Source: Dehalococcoidia bacterium (GTDB lineage: Bacteria > Chloroflexota > Dehalococcoidia > Lucifugimonadales > UBA3495). Taken from it: 60,865 bases of DNA. Positions 49,967-60,775 of the stretch are shown piece by piece. The DNA lies in the NCBI GenBank assembly GCA_030740155.1, contig JASLXV010000093.1, positions 1 through 60,865 on the forward strand. The letters run 5' to 3'. Both the position numbers and the translations under genes were made by a program. The notes beneath the pieces were generated by a model, which was not told the origin of the DNA, searched no databases, and worked only from the letters and a program-made list of their open reading frames with translations. Positions within the stretch are counted from its first letter, which is position 1; every line of letters starts with the position of its first letter.

Positions 49967-50761
49967 ATGGATACGGGACTGACACAACCTACGCACGGGA
50001 CCCGGCTGAAGCGTGAATTGAGCCGGGAGGCTGTCTCTCTTGCCCTGAACGGCGAGTGGGAACGCGCCACCGAGGTGAACCGGGCCATCCTGGAGCTGTT
50101 CGCCGACGACGTTGAGGCGATGAACCGGCTGGGCAAGGCGTTGATGGAGTTGGGCCGTTATGGCGAGGCCAGGGATGTGTTGGGCCGGGTGGCGCAGGTC
50201 GCACCTTACAACGCCATCGCCAAGAAGAATCTGGCCCGCCTGTCCAGCCTGGAGAGCAGCCCGGTTGCCAACCGGCAGGTCCGCAAAGCGGGCGGGGCGC
50301 CCCAACTGTTCATCGAGGAAAGCGGCAAATCGGGGACCACGGTGCTGCGCAAGATGGCCAAGGGGCCGACGGTGGCTCGCATTGCACCAAGCGACCCGGC
50401 CACTCTGGTGGTGGAAAACAACGCCGTGAACGTCCACTCCAAGCACGGAGATTATCTGGGCCAGATCGAGCCGAAGCTGGGACAGCGGCTGGCCCGGCTG
50501 ATATGCGGCGGCAACAAGTACGACGCCGCCATTGTTCGAGTCAACGACCAGGGGATCGCCGTAATAATTCGCGAAACCTACCGCCACCGCAGCCTGCAAA
50601 GCGTTTGCTCCTTCCCATCCAGGACCAAAGAGGAACACCGGGTTTACCTGGGAGAGAGCCTCGTTCGCTACATCAGGGACGAGGACCTGGACGATGATGA
50701 CGAGGAAGAGAGCATCATCGACGAAGAAGAGATAGAAACGGAGTGGGGCGACAACGAGTAG
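49967..50761 (+). CDS. TPR-repeat protein with an acidic C-terminal tail
   Basis: EA.NRLGKAL.ELG.Y.EA.......PYN.IA.KNL TPR, FIEESGK motif, D/E-rich tail; GGAG RBS. Confidence 0.85.
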   Translation: MDTGLTQPTHGTRLKRELSREAVSLALNGEWERATEVNRAILELFADDVEAMNRLGKALMELGRYGEARDVLGRVAQVAPYNAIAKKNLARLSSLESSPVANRQVRKAGGAPQLFIEESGKSGTTVLRKMAKGPTVARIAPSDPATLVVENNAVNVHSKHGDYLGQIEPKLGQRLARLICGGNKYDAAIVRVNDQGIAVIIRETYRHRSLQSVCSFPSRTKEEHRVYLGESLVRYIRDEDLDDDDEEESIIDEEEIETEWGDNE

Positions 50762-51149
50762 GCTGCCTCCGTTAACCCGTGGCGTCCAGAATCCCCGCCG
50801 GTGCGGCCCCGCCGGCCGATTTCCGGCCACGGGCCCTTCCACCTGCAAGCAGGTTCCTGCTTCAACACCCCCTCTCTGAACCAATACCCGATGCCCGTTG
50901 CCGGCGGCGCCACGAAGCACGAGAAATGGAAGGGCGCAGGTCACCGGGACTCCCTCCGAAAAACGATGAAGGGTTGACTGGGTTGGCCCAGCCTATTCGC
51001 TGCGCCTGTTCAAGGTGGAAGGGCGCGCCCAGCACCCTGTTCCCGGAGGATGTCGCCCAACAGCGGGGATAAGCGCCAGCGATCGATTGACCTCCCAACC
51101 GTCGATGTTGCCGGAGTCGGCGGAGCGAAGTTTCGGGGACACGGGGTGC

Positions 51150-51425
51150 GCTCAGGTTGGCCAGATCTCGCGATAGGACCAGACCGTCGCGCACCAAGAC
51201 GTGCCCCAAGGGCTGGCGTTCCTTCCAGGCTGTCTCCTGGGCCTTGGCCACTTCGTCGGCGGGTATTATGCTGGCGTCCAGCAGCATCTGGGCCAGGGAG
51301 AATCTGCGGCCCCGAGCCCACTGTTCCGCCACGTCTTGCACCGTTCCCACGGCGCCCGAGTCGGCCTGCTGGGCATCCAGGAGGCTGTTTCCGTCGGTTT
51401 CGGGCCGGCCACTCTCAATGTCCAT
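51150..51425 (-). pseudogene. N-terminal (MshEN-like) fragment of a PilB/GspE secretion ATPase
   Basis: SLAQMLLDASII..DEV.KAQ...KERQPLGHVLVRDGLV..RDL two-repeat pattern, then non-protein-like sequence; no Walker motifs. Confidence 0.55.
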
Positions 51426-51490
51426 GTCGTTCCATGTCCTTCATGAGCATGTGGGCGAGGATTGCGCTGGAGCCAGGTTAACCGGCACCC

Positions 51491-52306
51491 CTATCCGCCG
51501 AGGGAAACGTGGAGCAGTCGCTCTTCGTCGGGTGTGGGCGGTTCCTTCGGTGTTTCCACTTGGGAGACCTCTTTCATTTGCAGGAGCGTCGGCTTCACCC
51601 GCATGGGCTCTTCGAGCCTCAGCAGGATGTCCATGCCCCCATTGCGCTGATTGGACACCAGGCGCAGCAGTTGAAATTGGGGGTTTTGCCTCAGTTCGCC
51701 CACGAAAGAAATCATTCTTCGGATGCTTCCGGTGGTTTTCACCATGAGCCGGATGTTGCCTTCGTAGACATCGATATCGGGAGGCGGCAGCGGAAAGGAA
51801 GAGGGATCGCCCGCGCCGAGGTCATCACCCGGGCTTGTATCGTCCAGAGGGACGGGTTCGGTGTCCGTGATCCTAGGGGCGGGTGGCTGGGTGGCGAATT
51901 CGGACCGCCGGAGCACGGCTTTCACCCGGGCGGCCAACTCAGTCGTGGAGAACGGTTTGGTCACGTAGTCGTCGGCTCCAGCCTCCAGCCCGCGGACCTT
52001 GTCTTCATCGCGGTCTTCGGCGGTGACCATGATGATCGGCACCACGGAAAACTCCCGGATCCGCTGACATACGGTAAATCCGTCTATGCCCGGTAGTCTG
52101 ACGTCCAACAAGACCAGGTCCGCGCCCTTATCCCCAAAGGTTTGCAAGCCCTTCTCTCCGGATTGGGCGCAGATTACCTCGAACCCTTCTTCCTCCAAAA
52201 CGAACTGTTCCAACCGAGGGGTCCGCGTGTCGTCTTCGACCAAGAGGATACGATGGCTCCTACGCTCGGTACTGCTGGATGCGTCGGAGGACCCCATTTG
52301 CGTCAA
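51491..52306 (-). CDS. Response regulator (OmpR-like receiver) with an atypical C-terminal domain
   Basis: ILLVEDD, LLDVRLP..DG, PIIMVTA, GADDYVTKPF...EL.ARV; no winged-helix signature downstream. Confidence 0.88.
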   Translation of the reverse strand: MTQMGSSDASSSTERRSHRILLVEDDTRTPRLEQFVLEEEGFEVICAQSGEKGLQTFGDKGADLVLLDVRLPGIDGFTVCQRIREFSVVPIIMVTAEDRDEDKVRGLEAGADDYVTKPFSTTELAARVKAVLRRSEFATQPPAPRITDTEPVPLDDTSPGDDLGAGDPSSFPLPPPDIDVYEGNIRLMVKTTGSIRRMISFVGELRQNPQFQLLRLVSNQRNGGMDILLRLEEPMRVKPTLLQMKEVSQVETPKEPPTPDEERLLHVSLGG

Positions 52307-52717
52307 GTGGAAAGCCTCCCGTTGACATCTGTTGACAACATCTTACCAGGTTTGCCGTGGAGGTACATTAGCGCAAGTCGGCATCGAGTTTCATCATCGT
52401 ACAAAGTTTACCCGGCGGTCCAAATGGTTGACTCACGATTGCCCCACCGTGTTTACCGACATTTGGCAGGGGAGCAGCGCCCCGGGTACCCTAATTTCAC
52501 GGTGGATGGGAGTTACGTTTGCCGGGCGAAGCCGATGAAACCGGCCGGCCGCGGATGCGAAACTGGCCCCGCTGAACCTAAGTCCGGCGTGTTGAGGAGC
52601 CAGATTACGGCCGCCGGCCGGAAGTCGGGAGGCCGTAGGTATTGCTAAGTTTGGGCGATGGGCCTAGAATTACTGGTTGCTGCTTGGACGGCAAACTGAT
52701 GGCAGGAGGGCAGGTGA

Positions 52718-53083
52718 TTGAATGTACTAGGACTTCATCTCTTGTTGGAACTCAAGGAGTGCAATCCCGCACTTCTCAACGACCTCGAATACATTCGTGA
52801 GGCGTTGCTGGACACGGCTCGAGACGTGGGGGCCACGGTCGTCGGGGAGTCGTTTCACCGGTTTAGCCCCCAGGGAGTGACCGGCATTCTGGCGATAGCC
52901 GAATCTCACATATCGATCCACACGTGGCCGGAGTACTGCTACGCTGCTGCCGACATTTTCGCGTGTGGGGCCTCATTCCAACCCAAAGATGCCGCCGAGA
53001 TGCTAGTCAGACGGCTGGAGTCACGGGACCCGGAAGTTGTGGAAGTCCAACGGGGGCTGCCCCTCAAGGCAGTGGCCAGCTAA
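52718..53083 (+). CDS. speD: S-adenosylmethionine decarboxylase proenzyme
   Basis: G.HLL.EL..C, F.PQGVT....AESHISIHTWPE..YAA.DIF.CG self-cleavage site. Confidence 0.93.
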   Translation: MNVLGLHLLLELKECNPALLNDLEYIREALLDTARDVGATVVGESFHRFSPQGVTGILAIAESHISIHTWPEYCYAAADIFACGASFQPKDAAEMLVRRLESRDPEVVEVQRGLPLKAVAS

Positions 53084-53104
53084 ACTCCGGGACCCGGCAA
53101 GGGC

Positions 53105-54016
53105 ATGGATATATCAGGAAAATGGTTCCTTGAGACAGTATTTCCGGACCTGGCAATAATGCTCCGGGTCCGGAAAGTTCTCTATTCCGGTGAGACCGCC
53201 TATCAGAAGGTGGAAGTGCTGGAGTCGGAGATTTACGGCCGCAGCCTGGTTTTGGACGGAAAGACCCAGTCCACCGAGCGGGACGAGCACGTCTACCACG
53301 AGGCCCTGGTGCACCCGGCAATGTTGCTGCACCCGGGACCAACTTCAGTGTTCATTGGGGGTGGGGGAGAAGGGGGCACGCTGAGGGAGGTGCTGGCCCA
53401 TAAATCCGTGGAGCGCGTGGCCATGCTGGACCTTGACCGGGAGGTGGTGGAGCTTTGCCGGCGCCACTTGCCGAGCCATCATCAGGGTAGCTTCGACGAT
53501 CCGAGGGTGATGCTTGCCCACCAAGACGCCAGGGGATTCCTGGCCAGTTGCGACGAGACCTTCGACGTGATGATCATGGACCTGGTCGACCCCATGGAGG
53601 GAGGGCCGGCGTATCTCCTCTACACAGAGGAGTACTACCGGATCGCCAAGGCCAAGCTGAGACCGGGAGGAATTCTGGTGACCCAGTCCGGACCTGCCGG
53701 ACTGCTCAGCTACCAGGAGTGCTTTACCACAATCCGCAACACTCTGGCCGGCGTCTTCAAGCACACCGCTCCGGCCCAGGTGCACATTCCAGCTTTCCAG
53801 ACCCTTTGGGGTTTTACACTGGCGTCAGACACGCCGCTGGCTCTACCCACCGATGAGCAGGTAGACCGCTCGCTGGCGGAGCGGGTATCCAAAGAGCTGA
53901 AGTTCTACGACGGAGAAAGCCATCGCGGCATGTTCGCGTTGCCCAAATTTCTCCGGACCGGGTTCCGGCAGGAGACCCGGATGAACCGGGACGCCGACCC
54001 GGTGTTCATGATCTGA
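53105..54016 (+). CDS. speE: Polyamine aminopropyltransferase (spermidine synthase family)
   Basis: LVLDG..QS.E.DE..YHE.LVHP, IGGGEGG.LRE, D..IMDL.DP, LYT.EYY; adjacent to speD. Confidence 0.92.
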   Translation: MDISGKWFLETVFPDLAIMLRVRKVLYSGETAYQKVEVLESEIYGRSLVLDGKTQSTERDEHVYHEALVHPAMLLHPGPTSVFIGGGGEGGTLREVLAHKSVERVAMLDLDREVVELCRRHLPSHHQGSFDDPRVMLAHQDARGFLASCDETFDVMIMDLVDPMEGGPAYLLYTEEYYRIAKAKLRPGGILVTQSGPAGLLSYQECFTTIRNTLAGVFKHTAPAQVHIPAFQTLWGFTLASDTPLALPTDEQVDRSLAERVSKELKFYDGESHRGMFALPKFLRTGFRQETRMNRDADPVFMI

Positions 54017-54146
54017 TTCGGGCCACCCTCCCCTCGGGCGGTTCTTCCGCTACGCCGGCACGATGAAGCCGCAGGGCCCCTCATTCCGAAGACGGCGCCC
54101 AACTGTGGCCCCGATTTGCCCGGCGAAGAACTGAGGCGAAGAATTG

Positions 54147-54200
54147 GAATAGAGACCTGATACCCCACTAAATGGTGGGGCATCAGGTCTCTATTCTTTT
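54147..54200 (+). terminator. Long hairpin with a U-tract between convergent genes
   Basis: gaatagagacctgat/atcaggtctctattc 15-bp perfect stem, inner ccccac/gtgggg, followed by tttt. Confidence 0.7.
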
Positions 54201-54432
54201 GGTCTCGCGGTGACCCCCGTGAGGGGCCGGACGCCTGTGTACTGTCGTGTAAAAAGCTTTAGGCCGGCGAGACTGCGGGACATCCCCGGCCCACGATTGT
54301 CCCCGATTGCATTGGGGCCGGAATCCAGAGAACCTTCTGCCGGTTCCCGGCCTGCGGCGTGAAGATGAACCAGGTACCAAGCCGGTTATGAAACACGGCC
54401 ACTTCCATTCGGCGATCAGCGTTCCAAATACT

Positions 54433-54493
54433 GTTCTTGGTGAGCTTGTCGAACCGTCGGCCCCGCGACCTTCGACAAGCTGTGGGTAAACGG
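54433..54493. repeat. REP-like palindromic doublet (GGTTCGACAAGCTCACCA family)
   Basis: tggtgagcttgtcgaacc then ccttcgacaagct...aaacgg; same family as 2937-2999. Confidence 0.65.
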
Positions 54494-54552
54494 ATGATCA
54501 TAACGGAAATACCCGATTCTAGGCGCTGGACTCAGCCAACCTGGCCGAATAT

Positions 54553-56616
54553 CTAATGCTTGCCGTTGGGCTGGATCAGCACCCGGGTCGTGCCGTCGGT
54601 GTCTTTGCGCTGGGTAAGCAGGTGATGCCCCGCTTTTTCAGCCCACAAGATAACGTCGTAGATGTTAAGGGCGTCGGCCAGGATGGCTTCAACGAAGGCT
54701 CCGTGGTCGGTCTCCATCTGCCGGGTCAGCGCCGCGATTACGCCGGCGCAACTCTTGCCGCGGCCATCTATGATTACCCATCCTCCGTTGGCGCCGTTGG
54801 CGCCGTTAGCCCCGTTGGCGCCGTTGCCCGTTGACGGCCGCGCCGCGGGCTCCGCGTGGACGTTAACCTCTCCGCTCTTCCGCAGCTCCAGCTCCCGCCG
54901 GAATTCAGCGACCGCCTCCCAGTTGACGGCCATGTCCCGCTCTCCTTTGCTGCACACGGCGCCGCGCACGCCCACGATATCCGGGTTGATCCGCGCCAAC
55001 TCGTCCAGGTCATCAACCTTGAGATGGCCCGACAGGGAAGTGCTCAGCCCCAACTCTTTGCCCTGCAGGACCATGTCCTTCAGGTCTGCTTCCGGAATGA
55101 AGTCGAACAGGTTCCGCCCGTCTTTGGTCAGGGTGTCGATCAAGAACCCGTCGCACTCGCCTTCCTTGGCCAGCTGGATCATCAGGTACGGGTCCAGCCC
55201 GTCGTAGAGGGGGTTGTCGGCGAACAGGGAGCCGATCAATTTGGTGTTGAAGCCCTCCATCGCCCGCCGCGCTTGCCGCAGGGTCTCCACCGCAGTGGCG
55301 TAGTCCGTTTTGCAGAAGCCGACCTTAACCGAGGTGGCGTCCAAGACCGCGGCCGCGTAGGCGGCCATTGCCACCGTGCCCGGCTGGCCGGGCACCACGC
55401 CCAGGGTCACGCTCACGTGTTTCTCGACCGGGACCTGGGCGCGCACCTGTTGCACCACCAGGGGGTGACCGGAACCGACCAGCGCTTCCTGCAGGTTTTT
55501 CACGTCGACCACGTCGGCTCCGCCCCGTTCCGCTTCCAGGGCTTCCTCGACGTTCTGGACGCTGACCATCAAGAGCATCCCGGAGAAGAAACTGTTGTTG
55601 CCGGTGAGCCAGGATACCCGGTTGTTGACCGGGGCGGCGGCTACCGGGGGTTGAGGCTTCAACGGCTCCAGCTCCCGGGCCAGGGCGGCCTTTTCCTCGG
55701 GTGCGAGGTTGGCCAGGGGGGGCCTGACCTCGCCGCCGGCCATTCCCATCAGCTCGCTCCAGTACTTCACCACGGAGACCGGCAGCGCCCCATTGTATTT
55801 GGTTACGGTCCGGGTCCACCAGGTGTCGGACAGCTCTTTGATCCGCCGCAAATGGGTTTCGTAGAACTGCTCGTCCAGGTCTCCCTTGGTGGCACGATCG
55901 ATGAACTGGACGTAGTAGTTGCACTCCGGTGTGTCGAAGCGCCAGTCGGAGGTGTTGGCGAACATCACTTGCTGCTGGAACCCCAGCTCCTTGGCTTTCC
56001 AGAAGATCCACTCGTCGGGCGTGCTGATTATCGACTCTTTGCCCAGGGTCAAGTGGGCCTCGATGGACAGCTGCTGATTGAAGCTGGCTTCCTTGACCCC
56101 GACGACGTTGGGTATTTGACACACTCGTTTCAGCGCTTGTGGGCTGAGCACGATGCCGAATTGGGGAGAATTGTAGAACATGATCGCCATCGATGTGTTG
56201 TCCGCCAGCAGCCGCACGTAGTCGATGACCTGCTCCTCCGTCTTGGTCACGAAGTAAGGCGGCGCCACGATAAGCAGGTCGAAGCCCACGGCCTCGGCAT
56301 GGCCGGCCAGTGCCAGCATCTCCGGAGCGGAGGTATGGGTCACGTGGGCGCCGATAGGCCATTGCCCTTTGGCCTCGTCAGCCAGAATGTCCATGACTTG
56401 GACCCGCTCATTGTGGGTGAGGCTCCAAAACTCGCCCATTCCCCAGGTGCAACCCGCGCCCCTGGTGCCCAGCTTCCGGATGTGGCGAATATTGCGCCTC
56501 ATCCCTTCCTCGTCGATGGCGTTATCCGGGGTGAACGGGGTGATGAGCGTGGTCCATTGGGCCCTCAGTGTTTCCCAGGCCCAATCTTGTACCTCGCTTT
56601 TGGTGTATCTTGCCAT
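54553..56616 (-). CDS. Three-domain fusion: DapA/DHDPS-family aldolase + (5-formylfuran-3-yl)methyl phosphate synthase (MfnB/DUF556)-like + TusA-like domain
   Basis: LITPF, GMGEFWSL, FYNSP, GVKEAS; then MLLMVSVQNVEEA.EA..GGADVVDVKN, VKVG, IDT.TKDG, SGHL, PDIVGVRGAVC; then IDGRGKSC...DV..WA...GH..L; AGGGAGG RBS. Confidence 0.8.
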   Translation of the reverse strand: MARYTKSEVQDWAWETLRAQWTTLITPFTPDNAIDEEGMRRNIRHIRKLGTRGAGCTWGMGEFWSLTHNERVQVMDILADEAKGQWPIGAHVTHTSAPEMLALAGHAEAVGFDLLIVAPPYFVTKTEEQVIDYVRLLADNTSMAIMFYNSPQFGIVLSPQALKRVCQIPNVVGVKEASFNQQLSIEAHLTLGKESIISTPDEWIFWKAKELGFQQQVMFANTSDWRFDTPECNYYVQFIDRATKGDLDEQFYETHLRRIKELSDTWWTRTVTKYNGALPVSVVKYWSELMGMAGGEVRPPLANLAPEEKAALARELEPLKPQPPVAAAPVNNRVSWLTGNNSFFSGMLLMVSVQNVEEALEAERGGADVVDVKNLQEALVGSGHPLVVQQVRAQVPVEKHVSVTLGVVPGQPGTVAMAAYAAAVLDATSVKVGFCKTDYATAVETLRQARRAMEGFNTKLIGSLFADNPLYDGLDPYLMIQLAKEGECDGFLIDTLTKDGRNLFDFIPEADLKDMVLQGKELGLSTSLSGHLKVDDLDELARINPDIVGVRGAVCSKGERDMAVNWEAVAEFRRELELRKSGEVNVHAEPAARPSTGNGANGANGANGANGGWVIIDGRGKSCAGVIAALTRQMETDHGAFVEAILADALNIYDVILWAEKAGHHLLTQRKDTDGTTRVLIQPNGKH
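54785..54833. repeat. In-frame 9-bp tandem repeat encoding a GNGANGANGANGANG linker
   Basis: ccgttggcg/ccgttagcc units occur four times, plus shorter ccgttg units. Confidence 0.85.
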
Positions 56617-56951
56617 GTATTCCTCCCTGGCGGCATGTGATGCAGGCCAGCATCGTTGACGCCGTACCTTGCTATTCTACTGTGCGGACAATAGTCCAGT
56701 CCACCATCCCCTGGGTGATGGCAGCGGCGGCCCGCCATGATCCGTTGAGCCCGGCGGGTCTGAGGGAAACGTCAATTCAAGGCGTCTCTGGCCGCAATAA
56801 CCAGTAGGAGAGGCCGAACAGTCGTTGTTTGGGTGGTTAGTTTGCCGATGAATCCATGCAGAAAGGAAACGGAGCATACATGGCGTAAAGCCAAAGTTTG
56901 GCCAATGTCCGTATTGCGAGATTCATGCTGAATGCGGGCCGGCCGCCTCTC

Positions 56952-58904
<1,953 letters not shown>

Positions 58905-59153
58905 ACCCATCCCTCCATCATTGGCGGTAGGCCCTCAGGCCACCGGCATTCGGCTGAAGACTGAACTGGCAAGTCAACCGAGACAAAGCGTCAGTCTTCC
59001 ATTGGTTTCTTGCACAAGGATTCTTGCACAAGCCGGCCCTGTTGTAAACGGTTATCGTTGGCCCGGCCTTCGGTGGATCGAGCCGGGTTGATCGCCTCGG
59101 GTAACCTCGCCCTCGATACCCCCCCTGGGCCGGATAGCGTACAATCGGTAACC

Positions 59154-60623
59154 ATGTCGACGCCGGACGGAAGTAACAACAGGGGATCCCGGCCCACTGC
59201 CGGGCGCGGATGGGGGAGTCGAATGGAGGCCGCCGCCGCCGGGTTGGGGATGTTCCTGGCGGCGTTGGACATCTCGGTGAACGTAGCTCTTCCATCCATT
59301 ACCCGGGATTTCGATACCGATCTCCAGACAGTTCAGTGGATAATTGTGGCATTCATCGCCACCCGGGCCGGTCTGGTGCTGGGCGCCGGCAGCTTCGGCG
59401 ATCGGTTCGGATTGCGGCCGGTTTACCTGTTCGGCGTTTTGGCGTACATGGCGGCTATGGTCCTCATCGCCTTCTCGCCCACTTTGGAGATCGTGGTGGG
59501 TTTCCGGGTGCTTCAGGCCGTGGCCACCGGCTGTCTGTTCGCCGTCTCCCCGGCTCTGGCCGCCAGGGCGTTCCCGGTCCAACGCCGGGGATTGGGAATG
59601 GGATTCACCGCGGCCAGCCAGGCCCTGGGAATGCTGACTGGAACCCTTGGGGCCGGCCTGCTGGTCGGGTGGTTCGGTTGGGAGTCGGTGTTCTTGGGAC
59701 GGTTGCCCTTCGCCCTGCTGGCCCTGTTCCTGGCGGTCAGTTTCCTGAAACGGGAGGAGCGCTCAAGCTCCGGAAGGTCTTTCGACGTGGCCGGGGCGGT
59801 GACGCTGATTGCCGGGGTGCTCTGCCTGGTGGTTGCCCTGAGATTAGGGCGATCGGCGGGGTGGACCTCCCGGGAGGTGCTGGTGTTGCTGGCCTTGGCC
59901 CCGGTGTTCCTCGCCGTATTCTGGCGGGCTGAGGGGCGGGCGGTCTGGCCGGTCCTGCCGCGAGATCTGCTCCGAGTCCGGGGGGTCTTTGTCTCCGGGG
60001 CGAGCATGTTCCTGGCCCATCTGGGCGTATTCGTAATCTGGTTCATTTTCCCCTTTTACATCTCCGGCGGCCTGAGCCGGGGGCCGTTTAGCCTGGGGAT
60101 TATGTTGGCGGCGATGGCGCTTTTCAACGCCGGGTTCTCCGGATTTGGCGGCTGGCTGTGCGACCGGACCGGCGCGCTACCGGTGGGAGTGACCGGACTG
60201 GCCGTCATGGCCGGCGGGCTGGCGGGTATGAGCTTTCTGGACGCCGATTCCAGCCTCCCCCAGGTGGGAGTTCGCATCGCCGTGGTCGGCATGGGGTTGG
60301 GGCTGTTCCAGTCGGCGGCCTACGCCTCGATGATGGGCAGTGTGGCCCCAGACCGGCTGGGCACCGCCTCGGCAGCCCTGTCCCTTTCCCAGGCTTTCGG
60401 GACGGTGCTGTCGGTGGCGGTCATCGGGGGTCTCTTCGCACTGATCGAAGAGCGGCACCTCTCCGATCTTGCCGGGGCTGGACTCACGCTGCCGGAGCAG
60501 GAAGGGCGGGCCTTCATCACGGCGTTCCAGGACATTTTCCGTCTGGGAGCGTCCATCGCCGCTTTGGGGTCCTTCGTGTTCTTGCTGAGCCCGCGGAAAC
60601 GGGCCCGGGTCGCGCTGGAGTAG
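59154..60623 (+). CDS. MFS drug:H+ antiporter (DHA2/EmrB-like, 14 TM)
   Basis: FLAALDISVNVALPSI, GSFGDRFG.R, FRVLQ, FGW..VF, FDVAGA; TACAAT lies 8 nt before ATG 59154 (alternative start 59223). Confidence 0.88.
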   Translation: MSTPDGSNNRGSRPTAGRGWGSRMEAAAAGLGMFLAALDISVNVALPSITRDFDTDLQTVQWIIVAFIATRAGLVLGAGSFGDRFGLRPVYLFGVLAYMAAMVLIAFSPTLEIVVGFRVLQAVATGCLFAVSPALAARAFPVQRRGLGMGFTAASQALGMLTGTLGAGLLVGWFGWESVFLGRLPFALLALFLAVSFLKREERSSSGRSFDVAGAVTLIAGVLCLVVALRLGRSAGWTSREVLVLLALAPVFLAVFWRAEGRAVWPVLPRDLLRVRGVFVSGASMFLAHLGVFVIWFIFPFYISGGLSRGPFSLGIMLAAMALFNAGFSGFGGWLCDRTGALPVGVTGLAVMAGGLAGMSFLDADSSLPQVGVRIAVVGMGLGLFQSAAYASMMGSVAPDRLGTASAALSLSQAFGTVLSVAVIGGLFALIEERHLSDLAGAGLTLPEQEGRAFITAFQDIFRLGASIAALGSFVFLLSPRKRARVALE

Positions 60624-60659
60624 ATTCCCAGGAAACCCCTTCGGAAGGAACCTGCTCCC

Positions 60660-60688
60660 TTGACCTCGCCTCTGGCCGTTGATAGACT
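60660..60688 (+). promoter_or_regulatory. Sigma70-type promoter of tRNA-Val
   Basis: TTGACC, 17 nt spacer, TAGACT, ending 10 nt before the tRNA. Confidence 0.6.
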
Positions 60689-60698
60689 TCGAGTGAGA

Positions 60699-60775
60699 GG
60701 GCGGTTAGCTCAGCTGGTTAGAGCACTTGCTCGACACGCAAGAGGTCACTGGTTCGAGTCCAGTACCGCCCACCA
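60699..60775 (+). tRNA. tRNA-Val(GAC)
   Basis: GGGCGGTTAGCTCAGCTGGTTAGAGCA-CTTGC-TCGACAC-GCAAG-AGGTCACTGGTTCGAGTCCAGTACCGCCCACCA. Confidence 0.95.
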
